DNA of 64,000 bases, taken from assembly GCF_037042905.1 (NCBI RefSeq), contig NC_087250.1, forward strand, positions 4,466,001 to 4,530,000, in the 5' to 3' direction. Positions 23,112 through 36,382 of this stretch are shown piece after piece. The position numbers and the translations under genes were made by a program. The notes beneath the pieces were generated by a model that worked only from the letters and a program-made list of their open reading frames with translations, was not told where the DNA came from and ran no database searches. The stretch is from Lytechinus pictus. Taxonomy: Eukaryota. How positions within the stretch are numbered: position 1 is the first letter of the stretch; every line of letters starts with the position of its first letter.

Positions 23112-23705
23112 AGGTAAAGTCCACCTCAGAAAAATGTTGATTTGAATCAATATAGAAAAATCAGACAAGCACAATGCTGAAAATTTCATCAAAATCGGAT
23201 GTAAAATAAGAAAGTTATGACATTTCAAAGTTTCGCTTATTTTTAACAAAATAGTTATATGAACGAGCCAGTTACATCCAAATGAGAGAGTCGATGATGT
23301 CACTCACTCACTATTTCTTTTGTTTTTATTGTTTGATTTATACACTATTTCAATTTTTACAAATTTGACGATTAGGACCTCCTTGCCTGAAACATAAAAT
23401 GTTAAAATAATGGAATTCCACGTGTTCAGGGAGGAATGAAACTTCATTTCACAGGACAACGATAAAATAAAAATATTTCATATTTCATATAATGAAATAC
23501 AAAAATAGTGAGTGATGTCATCAGTTCCTCATTTGCATACCGACCGAGATGTGCATAAATAACTGTTTTGTGATATGAAGCAAAACTTTAAAAATGCCAT
23601 AACTTTCTTATTTTACATTCGATTTTGATGAAATTTTCAGTGTTATGCTTGTTGAATTTTTCTCTTTTTATTCAAATCAAGTTTTAGTTGGGGTGGACTT
23701 GTCCT
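23112..23705. mobile_element. Kolobok-type non-autonomous DNA transposon (decayed relatives near 21870-22150 and 32925-33200)
   Basis: TTAA TSD; TIR aggtaaagtccacc / ggtggacttgtcct; long internal inverted arms. Confidence 0.82.
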
Positions 23706-24301
23706 TTAAGCGTTTCTTTGGCCCGTTTTTTTTTCGGACTGCTTGGAAATTTCACCGAGAATGCAGAGTGCGCCCATTCATGCTTGAGTGAACACTGTAT
23801 ATACCTCAGAGATCGTTTTCTCCGTATTCTTCAAACCTCTTTCACTTCGTCTACATTCAATCAAGTACTTGGGTAGGTCATCGTTATTCAATTTGGACAA
23901 AACATATCATTTTAAAGCTCACGATGTGCTGATTATAACTTAATGAAAAAAAGTATCATTCATTTTGGGGACTTATTGTTGGTTTCGGAACAGCGACGCC
24001 CCGTTGTACAAAGAATTATGATTGATCCGAACAACCTTAACTATAATAATGAAAATCCAATCCATCATTTTGTTTTATATAGGAAATTTGCACAATGTCT
24101 TTGTAACCAAAGAATGTCCTTTGTAATCAAAGAAAAGCACAGTGAATTTTCGAGAAAACTTTGAATGTATGAATATACCTCATGGTTTAATGGAATCAAT
24201 CACAACTCTGTGTAAAACGAGGCAATAGTGTCACATTTTGGTGGGTATTAAAATGTCTTGAAAATGTATGTCTTTATGAAACAAAATAGAATGAAAGTGT
24301 A

Positions 24302-27300
24302 TCACTTTGATGTGAATACTTTCATTGCTTCGTCTGTGATATGGTCGCTGAGGCATTCAAGGGAATACTTCCAGATAATCTCTTGTTTGTCCTTGTTTCT
24401 GTAAGAAAGAATGAAATTATATATATATATAAATTAATCGTATCAAGCACTTTAGATTGTGTAAAGGCCCTATTATTTTTATTGGTGCTATTATTACTGC
24501 ACAATTTAATCAATTCTAAGGTCAAACCTCGATATTTGTATGGGCGTACGTGTACAGTTTACGTACTGAACAAATTATTTCAATAAGGATCTGATTTGTA
24601 TAGTGGTAGGAACAAGTCAGGTCCCAGATCATACCCTTGAGGAACACCAATACGCCAAACCATTCAGTAAGTTTTATTTACCTTCGCACTGGAGCATAAA
24701 TTCAATGTTTCATGAAATGTTATGATACACCTACACCCTGTTTTAGCTCAGTAAAGAACATAATCCGCAAATGATTGTAGCTAGATATATCCTATTCTCA
24801 TCCATTGGCGATGATGCAAGGAGGGGAGGATTCCCCTCACCCTTGATTTTCGAACTTAAACACAATGGTTTGGGAAAGGAACATCTCCATTGACGTCAAT
24901 CCGTGAGCTGAACATATTACCGGTATGATAAAACATTTTCACATACAACTAACTAAATAACAAAGTAACTAATATAACTATACTATACCTTGCTGTTGAG
25001 TTGACACTGTGTGGTTTTGAGCTCTCGAAATAGAGCGCGGTCTTGTTGTCATACGCCGGGTCTGCGGCTGCGTGGAGTGACGTCAGAGCACCTTCGAACG
25101 GCGTCCGTATCATTTCTAAATCAATAACAACAATAGCAATGATGATGATGATGATAATAATGATGACAATAACTACAACATTAGCAACATAAAACTCATA
25201 ATTACAAGTTGCAAAATAAATCATGGACTATTATAGTCTATATATACTAGAATAAGAACAGAAAAAATACAGTGTGCCATAATTCATGTCCGTCCACACA
25301 ATCTTGTATTATAAAGATGTCCTCTTAATAAATGAGGACTTTCGCAGAAGTTGGGAAACAAGTCAACCAACTTGACCTATGTATATATTTCATTCTACAT
25401 TACAACCGTGGACACTCATTCATTAAGGACTTAAAAAGAGGTTTTTCAGACAAGTTAACCTACATGACCAAGGTTCTTATTTCAAATAATCGTTTACTTT
25501 CGTATTAGTTGTAAACAAGTCAATCAACATTTACCATCGTTCATATAACCATGGACGTTCGTATTAGTTAGAAACTAGTCAACCAGCATGACCATGTTTG
25601 TTCATTTCATTTTACATTACAACCGTATATAATTCATCACATTGCAAATTAAGCTAGGACTAAAAGGTAAGCTAGCCATTGACCAATTAAGGTTCATATT
25701 TCATTCAACCATGGGCACAAAATATCACTGCATTGAGGACTTAAAACAAATTATAAAAACTCCCCGTATGATTTGGGAAATTTCGCAGACAACTGATGAC
25801 CTTATCAGGGCGACTCTACATGGATGGAGGGGGAGGGGGGGGGGGGACAACTGACCCCTATGATTTGTCAAGTAGTGGAGAAGAACGAGAAGGAAACCAA
25901 AGAAAGGAAGACAGTCAGTCGGCAGGTCCCAAGAAAGTGGCTTCTTTCATGCAAGTGATATTCATGACTTGAGATGTTTTGCATATTTAATGAGCTTGAT
26001 GCGGACCAAAACACCTATTTTCATTCGGTCATTGCTGCTATAATTATACATCGAATTTCTTGATTTTGGTATCATTGTAAAGAAGAAGAATCATTCTTTC
26101 AGGTCATGTGTTTGAATTTATTCAAACATTTTGTTAATATAGGTTAACATTTTGATCTAAAATATGCTACAAAATAATTATTTTCACCTGACAAAAGCTG
26201 CTATTTTCACACTTTATTTTTGATTGAGCCCAAATGATTTTTAGATTATGATAAAGCTGAATATGTATGCTTAAAAATTGTAAATGTTTCAAAATAAGAA
26301 TTGGTTTAATCGGGTCAAGATCACACTTTCCATTAGCCAAGTACATAAAGCAGCTTGAAAACAAGAATACTGCACTCTGATTGGTCAAAGAGACCACACA
26401 CTGGCAAATTCCAACGGTTCCAGTGCCTGGGTTCATGGGAAGGTCACACTTCCCATGTGGTAATCTCCTCAAATTACACGCGCCTGTTCTGTGAACCTTA
26501 TCCAGCCAATCAGAACTCTGGATTTCATGCAAGTACAAAATTTTAGAAATCTCGTCTTGTACCTTGGTGGGAAAAGTGTGATCTTGACCCGATTGAAAGG
26601 TGCCGTATATCAAGAGCGGCATTGTGAGATAGTACAGAAGTTTAGCTTTATGGTGATATATATATCATTGAGGCTCAAAATAAAAAGTTTTGCACAATTG
26701 GCAAAAGAAAACAGAGGAAGAAAATTCAGTTTTGAGGCACATTTTCAGACCTGAAATTTACTTATTTATCAAAATATTGTATACAAAATAAATGACCAAT
26801 ATGAAAGAATAATATTTACTCTATCTGATGGTGCAATAATATTTCATTTAACTTGAGATTAAAACAGGTAAATTCTTAGAGAAAGAAAATCTCACGAATC
26901 ACGAGATTTTGCAAGAAGGAGCAGGATTCAGCAACGAGATGATTTGAATAAATCTGACCTTTTTGCTCATTAGCATAGGGACATGCGGTCTGACTGAAGA
27001 TAAGTATAAAAGAGAAGACTGCATCGTATAACTTTATACCCCTTATAATTCATCAGTTCAATAAAAAAAAGACGTCAAAATTATATCATCTTGCCTCTTC
27101 TCAAAATATCTTGACGCCGAGCCTGCATCCTCATTTCGCCTCGTATATTAATTTCATTTTTGCCAGCGTTGCTTTAAAGGGCATACGCATCCATGCAAAT
27201 ACGCATACACGCTTTCCTAAAAAATGTAAGCGACTTACTTCCTCCATTGCGAACGAACAATTTCGTTAGCCCCGGAACACTCTGCCCCTCACGGGTTGTG

Positions 27301-30300
27301 AGTTCCGTTTTGACGACACCGGGATGCAGCGAAAATACGTCGACCCCTGACCCTTCTAACCGTTGAGCCAATGAGAACATGTGCATCACCTGTATTCATA
27401 TCATATAAAAAAATATAGGCCTTTTTTATAATAATTTGAAATAAGCACATCCGCAAGAAGATGTAAGCAAATGGGTTTTGAACAAATTTAATTTTGAAGT
27501 GATTTTATGAATGATTAATTTGGTATGAAATGTAAGGCGGATCCAGGGTGAGGGGGCACATCCGGCCCGTGCCCCCCCCCCTCCCTTGAGAGACACAATT
27601 AAAATTTGTAATGTAAAAATGACGTTAAAACAGAACTGTGACCCCCCCCCCCCCCCCTTCGAAACTGATTTTTCATGGACGAAATCCCCTTAATTTTCGG
27701 TTGAAACTGTAGCGACTTTAACTCTTTCTTCATTCATCACGTCACAACTTTTTTTCAACATTGTAGATACATTTAAGCCATTCTTCTTTGCATATTTATT
27801 TCATCCGTGGAGACAGCCAACAACAGTGTTTTTCTTTATAGTTACTCTTATCACGGAACATCTTATTGTTTTCGCGAGCCAATCACAGACATTTAATTGC
27901 ACATGGAAAAACTTGGAAAATATTTGAGTCATCTGCAAAAAGTCTAAACTGAAAAAATCAGTTGATCTTGGTAAATCATTAATATATAATAAAAAGAGTG
28001 TTGGTCCCAGGACTGATCCTTGGGGAACACCACATGTTATCCTTCTACTACTGGAAAAACTTAGCAAAACGTTCACTTTTCACATGTGCTCCTGAGTTTT
28101 CCATCTCGCGGTCATGTCACTTTTTGGATGATGTTTTGGATACAATTTTCGCTATTATACATCAACTTTTACTGAGCGTTATCCCTAGTACAGCTTTTTG
28201 GAAATTCGCATCTTTTGTTCAGTGTTCATCTACATCATACCACAAATTATATATACAATGGGAAAGTGCAATCTTTTCTTGAACTAAGGACTTCGTGATT
28301 CGCGATTCTGGCTAGCTAGTTCGTGTTCGCGATATCGTCACGCGTTTGTGTGTTGAGCATCAATCTCGAGAAGTTCGCGCCACTTCGAAGCATTTCTCAG
28401 CATCGCGTGTGTGTATCTCGGAAGTCTGATTTTGATTTTTGGATTGAATCAAAAATTTCAACTCCTTTCCTCAGTTAGCTCGGCAAAATCGGTAAGAATT
28501 GATATATCCTTATTTAATATCTTACAACACTTTTTTGTTTGCTTGTCAAATTTTTCCTCGGGAAAATGTGCCCCCTCCCCCCTTCGTAAAATCCTGGATC
28601 GTGTAGACGGGGAAAATGAGTATCTCGATCACATCATATTATCTTATAACATAGACACGTTATGTTGATGAGGATAATAATATGAATAAATACTAAAGCG
28701 CCATCTATCTAAAAAAGTTATAAAATATACGGAGACGCACTATTTATTATCATCACGCCGGTTTTAGCTCGAGCGGCCGTTTCGAGTGTACAGCCCTTTT
28801 CTTCTTTAAATCCGATTTATTGATATCAAGTAATCCATACTTATTTATCAAGAATTGCATTTCGTTAACAACGCAAAGATCAGAATTGAAATTCTTGAGG
28901 CAGCGAGAACCATTCGTGTTGTCAATATAAGCCAATTCTTGATTAATGGGATTAAGAATTTATAACGGCTAATTGTCATAGCACATATCACAGCGCACAC
29001 TAGGGGAATTTAGGCTACAACGTACATTTTGGGACCCGTTTCATATTAAAAGAGTTCCAATGAAACATAACTCCAAAAATAAAACCCAACTTGTCTTTAA
29101 GCCAATAAATGTGCGTGTATTATTGGAACTTGCACTTTACTTTTTTTTTATTATTTGCATTTAAATACATCTCCAGCCCCAAATGTGACAGACACATTTT
29201 CTTTTCATTCACAATAAAACAACACTTGTACATGAAAATATCATTTCGTTATAGGGCATACACAGTTAAATATTAGATAAGAACATACAATATATAACAA
29301 ACGTTTTTATGGGCATTGGAGAAGACAAAAATAGCCAGAACCCTTATAACACACGTCTGACCCTTATGTACAAAACTTAATTAAAGCAAATAGATAGTAC
29401 TTATTACAAACTAAAAGCATCAACAAATAAATAACAAACAGGTAGAGAAAAGGAAGAAGAAAACACATTTAACAACGATAACATATTAAAGAGAGAGAGA
29501 GAGAAACCCCAATTATCAAACTTATGCAAACTCAAAGATGGGACTTGATTCGCTTTTAAAAACTCTTTAAAGAATGGATGTTTCTTACTATTAGCTGTAT
29601 TGAGATATTATTCCAATGTATGGGATCTTTAAAAAAAAACTTGTTTTGTGTTTAATAATTGTTCTTATCTTAGATAGGAAAAAATGTATGGCACTACGAG
29701 TGTTATATTCATGAAATTAATTACTGATGGAAATTTAGAAAATGTATAATCATTACAAAGTGGGGAGGTCTTGCATGGTCTAGTGGTTACGACTCTCGTC
29801 TTTCAATCAGACTCGGGACCTGGGTTCGAATCCCAACCATGGCCTGCTTTCCTTCAGCAAGAAATTTGTCCACATTGTGTTGCACTCAACACAGGTGAGG
29901 TGAATGGGTACCCGGCAGGATACATTTCTTAAATGCACCAAGCGCCTTTAGCAGCTGGAGCTAAAGCCGGGGTAATTAAAGTGTGCCATTGAATAGGCAA
30001 CTATAATCATAAATGCTATGCATAACAGCTGTACCTGGTATAACTTGGAGTTAGCGTATCGTTTGCCCCTGTCGTTATTCTTCAGACACTGGAGATCGGC
30101 GGCGTTCCAGCTAGCAAAGCGGTACATCAGTGACGACACTGAGACGACTCGAGCACATGGACCGGAGCTCTTCAAGACGGGTAACAGGTGTAAGATGAGG
30201 AGAAAGTGAGACAGGTAGTTGATTTGAAAATGAGGCTCGTATCCATCCGAAGTCAGCTCTGAATGAAGGGACATAAAGAAGGGTATGTTGGTCCAATTGA

Positions 30301-33300
30301 TAAACTTATTTCATAATTCGTGACGGCACAATGAGTCTCCCTCAAAAAAATAATAATGAGGGGGCCAGACACAGCTTATTGAGTAAAACATCTAAAATGC
30401 TTCGAACGAGCGAGCAATAATTTTGACTTTTTTAACGTGAGAAGCTAATTTTGTGATAGATTTTGACATTAAGAATGGAGGAAAATATATCACATTTTCC
30501 TTTCCCTTCCCTTTTTCTCTCGTTTTTTTTTCACCTAAGTCTTGGCAACAGCTTGGCTTGCAACGTTTACCCACGTTATCACGTCACAGCCGACCGCCGG
30601 CAAAGGTTCTTTTGTGAATCCATGGACCTACTACTAGTAGGTCCATTGTGGATCGAATCTGAAAACCACAAAGGTTCCATGGAACGGAACACCGCTTTCT
30701 CTCGTTTTTACAAAAGTGCAAACATTTACCGAAACACAAATGGCAGGTTGCGATCGGAGATTAAGCCCGCTTCATATTATACATCTTTGCGAAATTGAAA
30801 TGAATACAGGAAAGTTTTAAAAAGGTAATATTTTCGGACTTGCATGATTTGTTATTTTGCTGCACACATGCATTGCGATCTTAGTGCAGGCCGTGCAAAA
30901 TATCAAATTATAGACTCTAAACTTCGTCAGAGGATCGATGCATTTTACAAAATACCCAAAAAGCGATAGCGTGCCGTGGCGTGAATACGTGAGTAAATGT
31001 TGCAAGCTCGGCAAATTCATGTTATGCATTGCAAAACAAATATAATTCGTGTGTGCACAAGGATGACTAAATATATATACGTCATCCTTGTGCACACACG
31101 AATTATTTTTTTGCAATGCATAACATGAATTTGCCGAGCTTGCAAAATATATATATATATATATATCTTTGACTTACCTTCTGGTCCCCACATAATACCT
31201 GCGTTGCAAATAAGAACATGGAGAGGGCGCCCTGTATTCTTGTAGGCTTCTATGAATGTCATTGTGCTTTGCAGTGACCCTAGGTCAAGAGCCATGAACT
31301 CTACGCTGAGGTCATCGACCTAGGATGTTGACATTCAAATCGTTTCAGAAAAAAGAAATTCATTGCGTTAAATAAGGACAGAAAGTCGAATAAAAAAGAT
31401 GATTTGATCCATTTTTTTATACTGCTTAAAACATTAAAAAGAATATCAACAGGGAAAATAAGAAAATGTGTAATTATATATTGTTTCACAAAAATGTCTT
31501 ATATGTATGCGTATATTACATTAATTAGTTATCCAATGTATTATCATTATTTAAGCATATTTCAATGAAAAATATAAATAAATAAATAAATATAAATAAT
31601 TTATATACTTCAACTTCTAGGAAAACTCACATCATAGCAGGCCATATTAAAATCTTAAGCAATATTTTGTCCTATTTTTGGTTAAAAGGGAACACGGATC
31701 GTTTGGGGGTAACAAAGAGCACGTTCAATTTACAGAATATCGTGTAAATCTACACGGCATAAATCGTTATTTTACCCAACAACTATAACCCAATATTACT
31801 TAGAGTAAAGTATTATGTTGATCTATGTTTCATTATTTTCACCAAAAATAAGTTAACATACAAAGAGACTTGTTTAGATTTACAGATATCTTACGTTTAT
31901 TTTTATTTTCTGCTTTTTAGGATCTGCTTTCTCCTCGGCATGTTCTTTCTTCATCTGGTCGATAGCCTGAAAATAGACATTTCCAAACAATTATGCCTTA
32001 AAATATGAATAGTACATTTTTTTTCATAAAAGATAATCAACATCTCTGGTAATCGTTCAAAAACTTTTCTATTTATGTACATGATTAAGATGATTTATAA
32101 TTCAGATTGTCTTAACATGGAATGTTAATAAAATTTGGAAAGGACTGACATTGCATGTATTGTTACCTTTTCCCCAATTCTAAGATTGATACACGGTCAT
32201 TTATAAAGGCTCTGAAGTAATGGAAGGAATAAAGTTACAACCTCAATATTAAAAAAAAAATGTTTAATGCCTTTTTTAGTATTCTGCCATCCTACCTTTT
32301 ATAATTAATTGATTATATTGTTATTCTTATACGATTGTTTAAAAAGAATGGATATTTTGTGACAGATTTGAGATTTACTTCCTTTAATTACCAATAAAGC
32401 CCCCAAAATGAGTTGATTTAAAAAAAAACCTTTGCAGACTGCGTTTGAATTCAGGTTTTGCAGATTATTATTTTATTAATGCAGAGGCGCTTCCAAGGTA
32501 CATACGCATTTTATTATTTTTTTATTGATTAATTAATTGATGTTTAAAACAATATTGTTTTCGGGGGTGGGGTGGGTGTTGGAGGAAAACATTAATAATT
32601 GTTCCTCCCCTATTATGTAGAAAAGAGATGGAGGACAAAGGTGCTAACAGTGCTACCCAGTTTTTATACCAGCCTCTCTGACATTATCAACACATATCAA
32701 TTCTCAGTTTCATTCAAAATATGAAAGATATTAAACCTCAGGAAACCATTAATTCCATTTCCTTACCTCCTGTGCTTTAGGTTCAGATCGGCATGCTAGA
32801 ATGACCTTTGCACCCACCTGAGCAAGCGACTTTGCTGTTTCATATCCGATTCCTGATAGAACACATTAAAGGTCAGTTCAGTTATTAAATAACCTGCTGA
32901 TATAAATGCATGTACTGTACGAAATTAAAGGACGAGTCCCATCCAAAATCAAGTTACTTTTTAAAATGAGAAAAACAAACAGGCATAGCACTGTTAATTA
33001 TATCATAGAGGGAAAAAATATAAGCAAGGTATGAAATCTCAAATAATCACTAATTTTTTACAAAACAATGATTTATAAATGAGCAAGTCATGCAGTGGCT
33101 CGGTTCAGTGATGTCATTCACTCAATATTCATTTTATTTATCATTGTTTGAATTATAGAATATTTCGTGTTTTTTTGTGTGTTTTTTTGCAGATTTGACG
33201 ATGATAAAATAATTCAGATATTTGAATTTTCCCGAATCAACAGATATACATACAAGACCGGGTATTTAATGGTTTGGTACTTTGCGAGATGTTAGCCAAC

Positions 33301-33619
33301 TAATTTGTTCAAATCCCCCCCCCAAAAAAAAAAAGGAGTAATAATAATAATAATGATAAAGACAAAAAATATATCGATCATTATACAAATAAATATTAAT
33401 AATTAAGAAAAAGAAAAGATCTTTTTTTAAAGATATATGAAATCAATAAAAAGCAAAAAAAAAGGAACAAAATGTATAAAAAGAGATAGTTTAGAAATTC
33501 TGTTCCGATCGATCAGTATAATTATTTTTTTCCTCTTGTTACTTACCTGTATTAGCTCCTGTCACGACGATCGTTTTATCTGCCAGGTCGACCTCAGGAA
33601 GACTAGATTGTGACCCCAT
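24302..33619 (-). CDS. Short-chain dehydrogenase/reductase, retinol dehydrogenase 12/13- or DHRSX-like (paralog A), 8 coding exons, 323 aa
   Basis: Exons (- strand): 33619-33547, 32852-32767, 31966-31895, 31319-31178, 30258-30035, 27389-27239, 25115-24989, 24398-24302 (TGA); total 972 nt, all GT-AG. Motifs: [44 protein letters not shown] (YxxxK), [10 protein letters not shown]-terminal KQEIIWKYS. Confidence 0.93.
25912..26996. mobile_element. Non-autonomous DNA transposon with 4-bp TSD (Academ-like termini)
   Basis: aaga|cagtcagtcggcaggtccc ... gggacatgcggtctgactg|aaga. Confidence 0.65.
27885..28055 (-). pseudogene. Small decayed LINE reverse transcriptase fragment
   Basis: [24 protein letters not shown] followed, after a frameshift, by LFADDSNIF. 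Confidence 0.8.
29763..30015 (+). mobile_element. tRNA-derived SINE (family of 3208-3490)
   Basis: tggtctagtggtt A box, ggttcgaatccc B box, ccttcagcaagaaatttgtccacattgtg core. Confidence 0.82.
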
Positions 33620-33834
33620 CGTGACCTGAATACACAAACAGGGAAAACACAGAGATTAGGATACTAGGCCTAGTTGAAAATTTAAACAAATAAATGTTAC
33701 ACTTAAAATGGAGACAAATGTCAGCGTCATTGTGGTGACTGACCAAGTAGGCATTAAAGCCAATTTAACAAATACAAACACAAAACAAATTTAACATGGT
33801 ATAATATATGGCACAGGTGATGCAGTAGTAGGCA

Positions 33835-34010
33835 TATATACACCCAGAAATATATACCATATATACCAATAAATATATACACCCAAAAATATATACCATA
33901 GATACCAATAAATATACATAAAAAAATATACCTTATATACCAATAAATATACACCTAAAAATATATACCATATTTATATACCAATAAATACACACCAAAA
34001 ATATATACCA
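33835..34010. repeat. AT-rich minisatellite, ~35-38-bp unit
   Basis: atatatacacccaaaaatatataccatatataccaataa repeated about 5 times. Confidence 0.8.
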
Positions 34011-36333
34011 TAACATAATTCATGTCGACTGCGGTATATAAACAGCATCAAAGGGTATATCCGGGGTATTAGTTGAAGATCATGCCTTAATATTAAACAA
34101 AATAAACTAAAATAGTAGATTTTAACAAATTTGAAAGCTAGGAGTAAATGAGTATACATCCATGCACATTACAGACGAACATGTTCCTTATAAGCATGAC
34201 AACTCAATATATGGATATACGTACCGTCGAATAACACGCAGCGAGATATGTTTCAGAGTGCAGACGATCTCTATATATATCACCTTGCAGCTTCCAGTCC
34301 CATCCACACGTTTTTAAGTAATGTATAGATCGAGGACCTACTTGTGGAGATATATGGTAGATACGTGGGTAGATACTACGTTGAAGGCATATAGCACGGA
34401 AATGGATGAAATCTCTCTCTCTCTCTCCATATATACATACACATGTATGTCATTCACCAGAGCAGAAATAAGCACTCAACCAACAAACGACAGAGCAAAC
34501 CGCACTGAAAACTGATCTAACTCCCACTTCCCTGTAACAACCCTGCCATTCCAGCGCGGTGGTACTGTATGTTCAAGTTGGGAGCATTGACTGATTGAGT
34601 ATGTGCGTGCGAGCGAAACGAATCGATCTTTGTACAGGCGTATCAATTTGAGGCAAAATATAAACCTTACCCCCCCCCCCCTCGTCGGTACAATTATGTC
34701 TCCTCTATGCTCGTTAAACTGCCAATTCGTCTATTGCCTTCTCGTCCACTCATCACATGGTCTAATTTAGTCTCATGCCATTCCGTCCATCAAATAAACA
34801 ACTATAAATTTTTAATAACCATTTGCTCCAATAATCATTTCGTCAATTACCAGTTCGTACATAACAATGTATTCTAATAACCAGTTTGTCTAGTAGTAGG
34901 CCTACCCATTTTCTTTTCATTCATATCGCCCAAATAACACTTATCCATTTTATACCAAATTGATTAGGCCTATGAACTATATATAAATAGCTATTGGACC
35001 AATTGTTTATTACTGACGAAATAGAGAGAGGACGAAATGGTAATTAGACCAGTTGGCGAACTGATGGTATAAACTAAATGATAGTGAATGGACGATTTGG
35101 CGTCAAATGAAAATAGAACCATTCACGGATTCTCCAGACTTGACTGGAAATAATGTGTTTTGAACAGATATAGGTAAAATCAGACAAATATTAAACTAAA
35201 CATTTTGTCAAACTTGGACTTGGAATAACTGACAACTAAAGCTATGTCACTGTAACTTACGCTTTGCATTATCCGATGAAAAGGTTCCTTGCATTCCGAT
35301 AATGTAATGAGCTAGCTGGTGATGGCGTATCCCCACTTATTTTTTTTTTCATTATATGGTTTCATATTTATTGCAATTTCGTCCACCAAAAATGAAAAAC
35401 AAAAAGATTGACAACGGATTAGATACATGAGATATACAATTGCTCCAACTTCTATTGTTACAAAGCAGTATATCATACCCACGTGTATAAAAAAATAAAA
35501 CAAATGATTATGGGTTCAAGTAAAAGGAATGTGGGGGCGCGACATCATCAGGCCTCCTAATGAATATTAATGGCGGCATATATACATTTACATAAACAAA
35601 TAATGTGAGTGAATAAGGAGCGAGATCCTGGGCAAGGGTGCGGGTAGATAGCCCCCCCCCCCCCCAAGGCCGAGATGAAATGACCGATATCAATGAAGGG
35701 TACAATGAATTTGAATTCCTGGATTCATACCAGTTCCGAAAATACAATCGGAGATATACATTTACATAAAAGGTATTTTTTACTAAAATGCACAAAATTA
35801 CGTCTCTGATTTTAAAATGCATCATGAATGTCGAACGTCGACATTAGGCACATGAGCTAACTAACATGACCAATTGAATACTGTAAACGCTCGTTGATTT
35901 GAATTAAATTAAATCTGTTGCATTCAGTTAATTCACCACTGATATATATTTATTTTACCGTAAAATGCAACTAGTTTTGTATCTCTCTCACTCTACATGT
36001 ATATAAACATGTAATTATACTGATCTATCTGGGGATTTTTTTATCAATCTATTTTTCTTTTTCTTTTTGATTTACCATATATATGCATGCATATACATGT
36101 GGCTGTTATCGAGGTTGCCAACTGAAACAGTTTAGACTGTTTATATTGTATTATAATATATATTATATAATTCATATATATATATGTATACACACACGCA
36201 CACCCCCCCCCCCCACACACATATATATATATATTGTGAAAGGAATGGATGAAGAGAACAATGGTAGACGAAGCTTAAATCAAGGTTCCCCAGAGCTATC
36301 TACCCTTTAGAAAAATTGGTGATGCCGTAAAAA

Positions 36334-36382
36334 TGTCTCTGCCGGGAATCGAGGGCCCCCAGCTTTGAACGCCGGTGCCTAA
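36334..36382 (-). pseudogene. 3' part of a split tRNA-like sequence (anticodon arm, damaged T arm, acceptor 3' strand); 5' part at 40694-40715
   Basis: Joined - strand: GTCTCTG TG GTCT AGTGGTTA AGGC A CCGGC GTTCAAA GCTGG GGGC CC----TCGATT CCCGG CAGAGAC A. Confidence 0.65.
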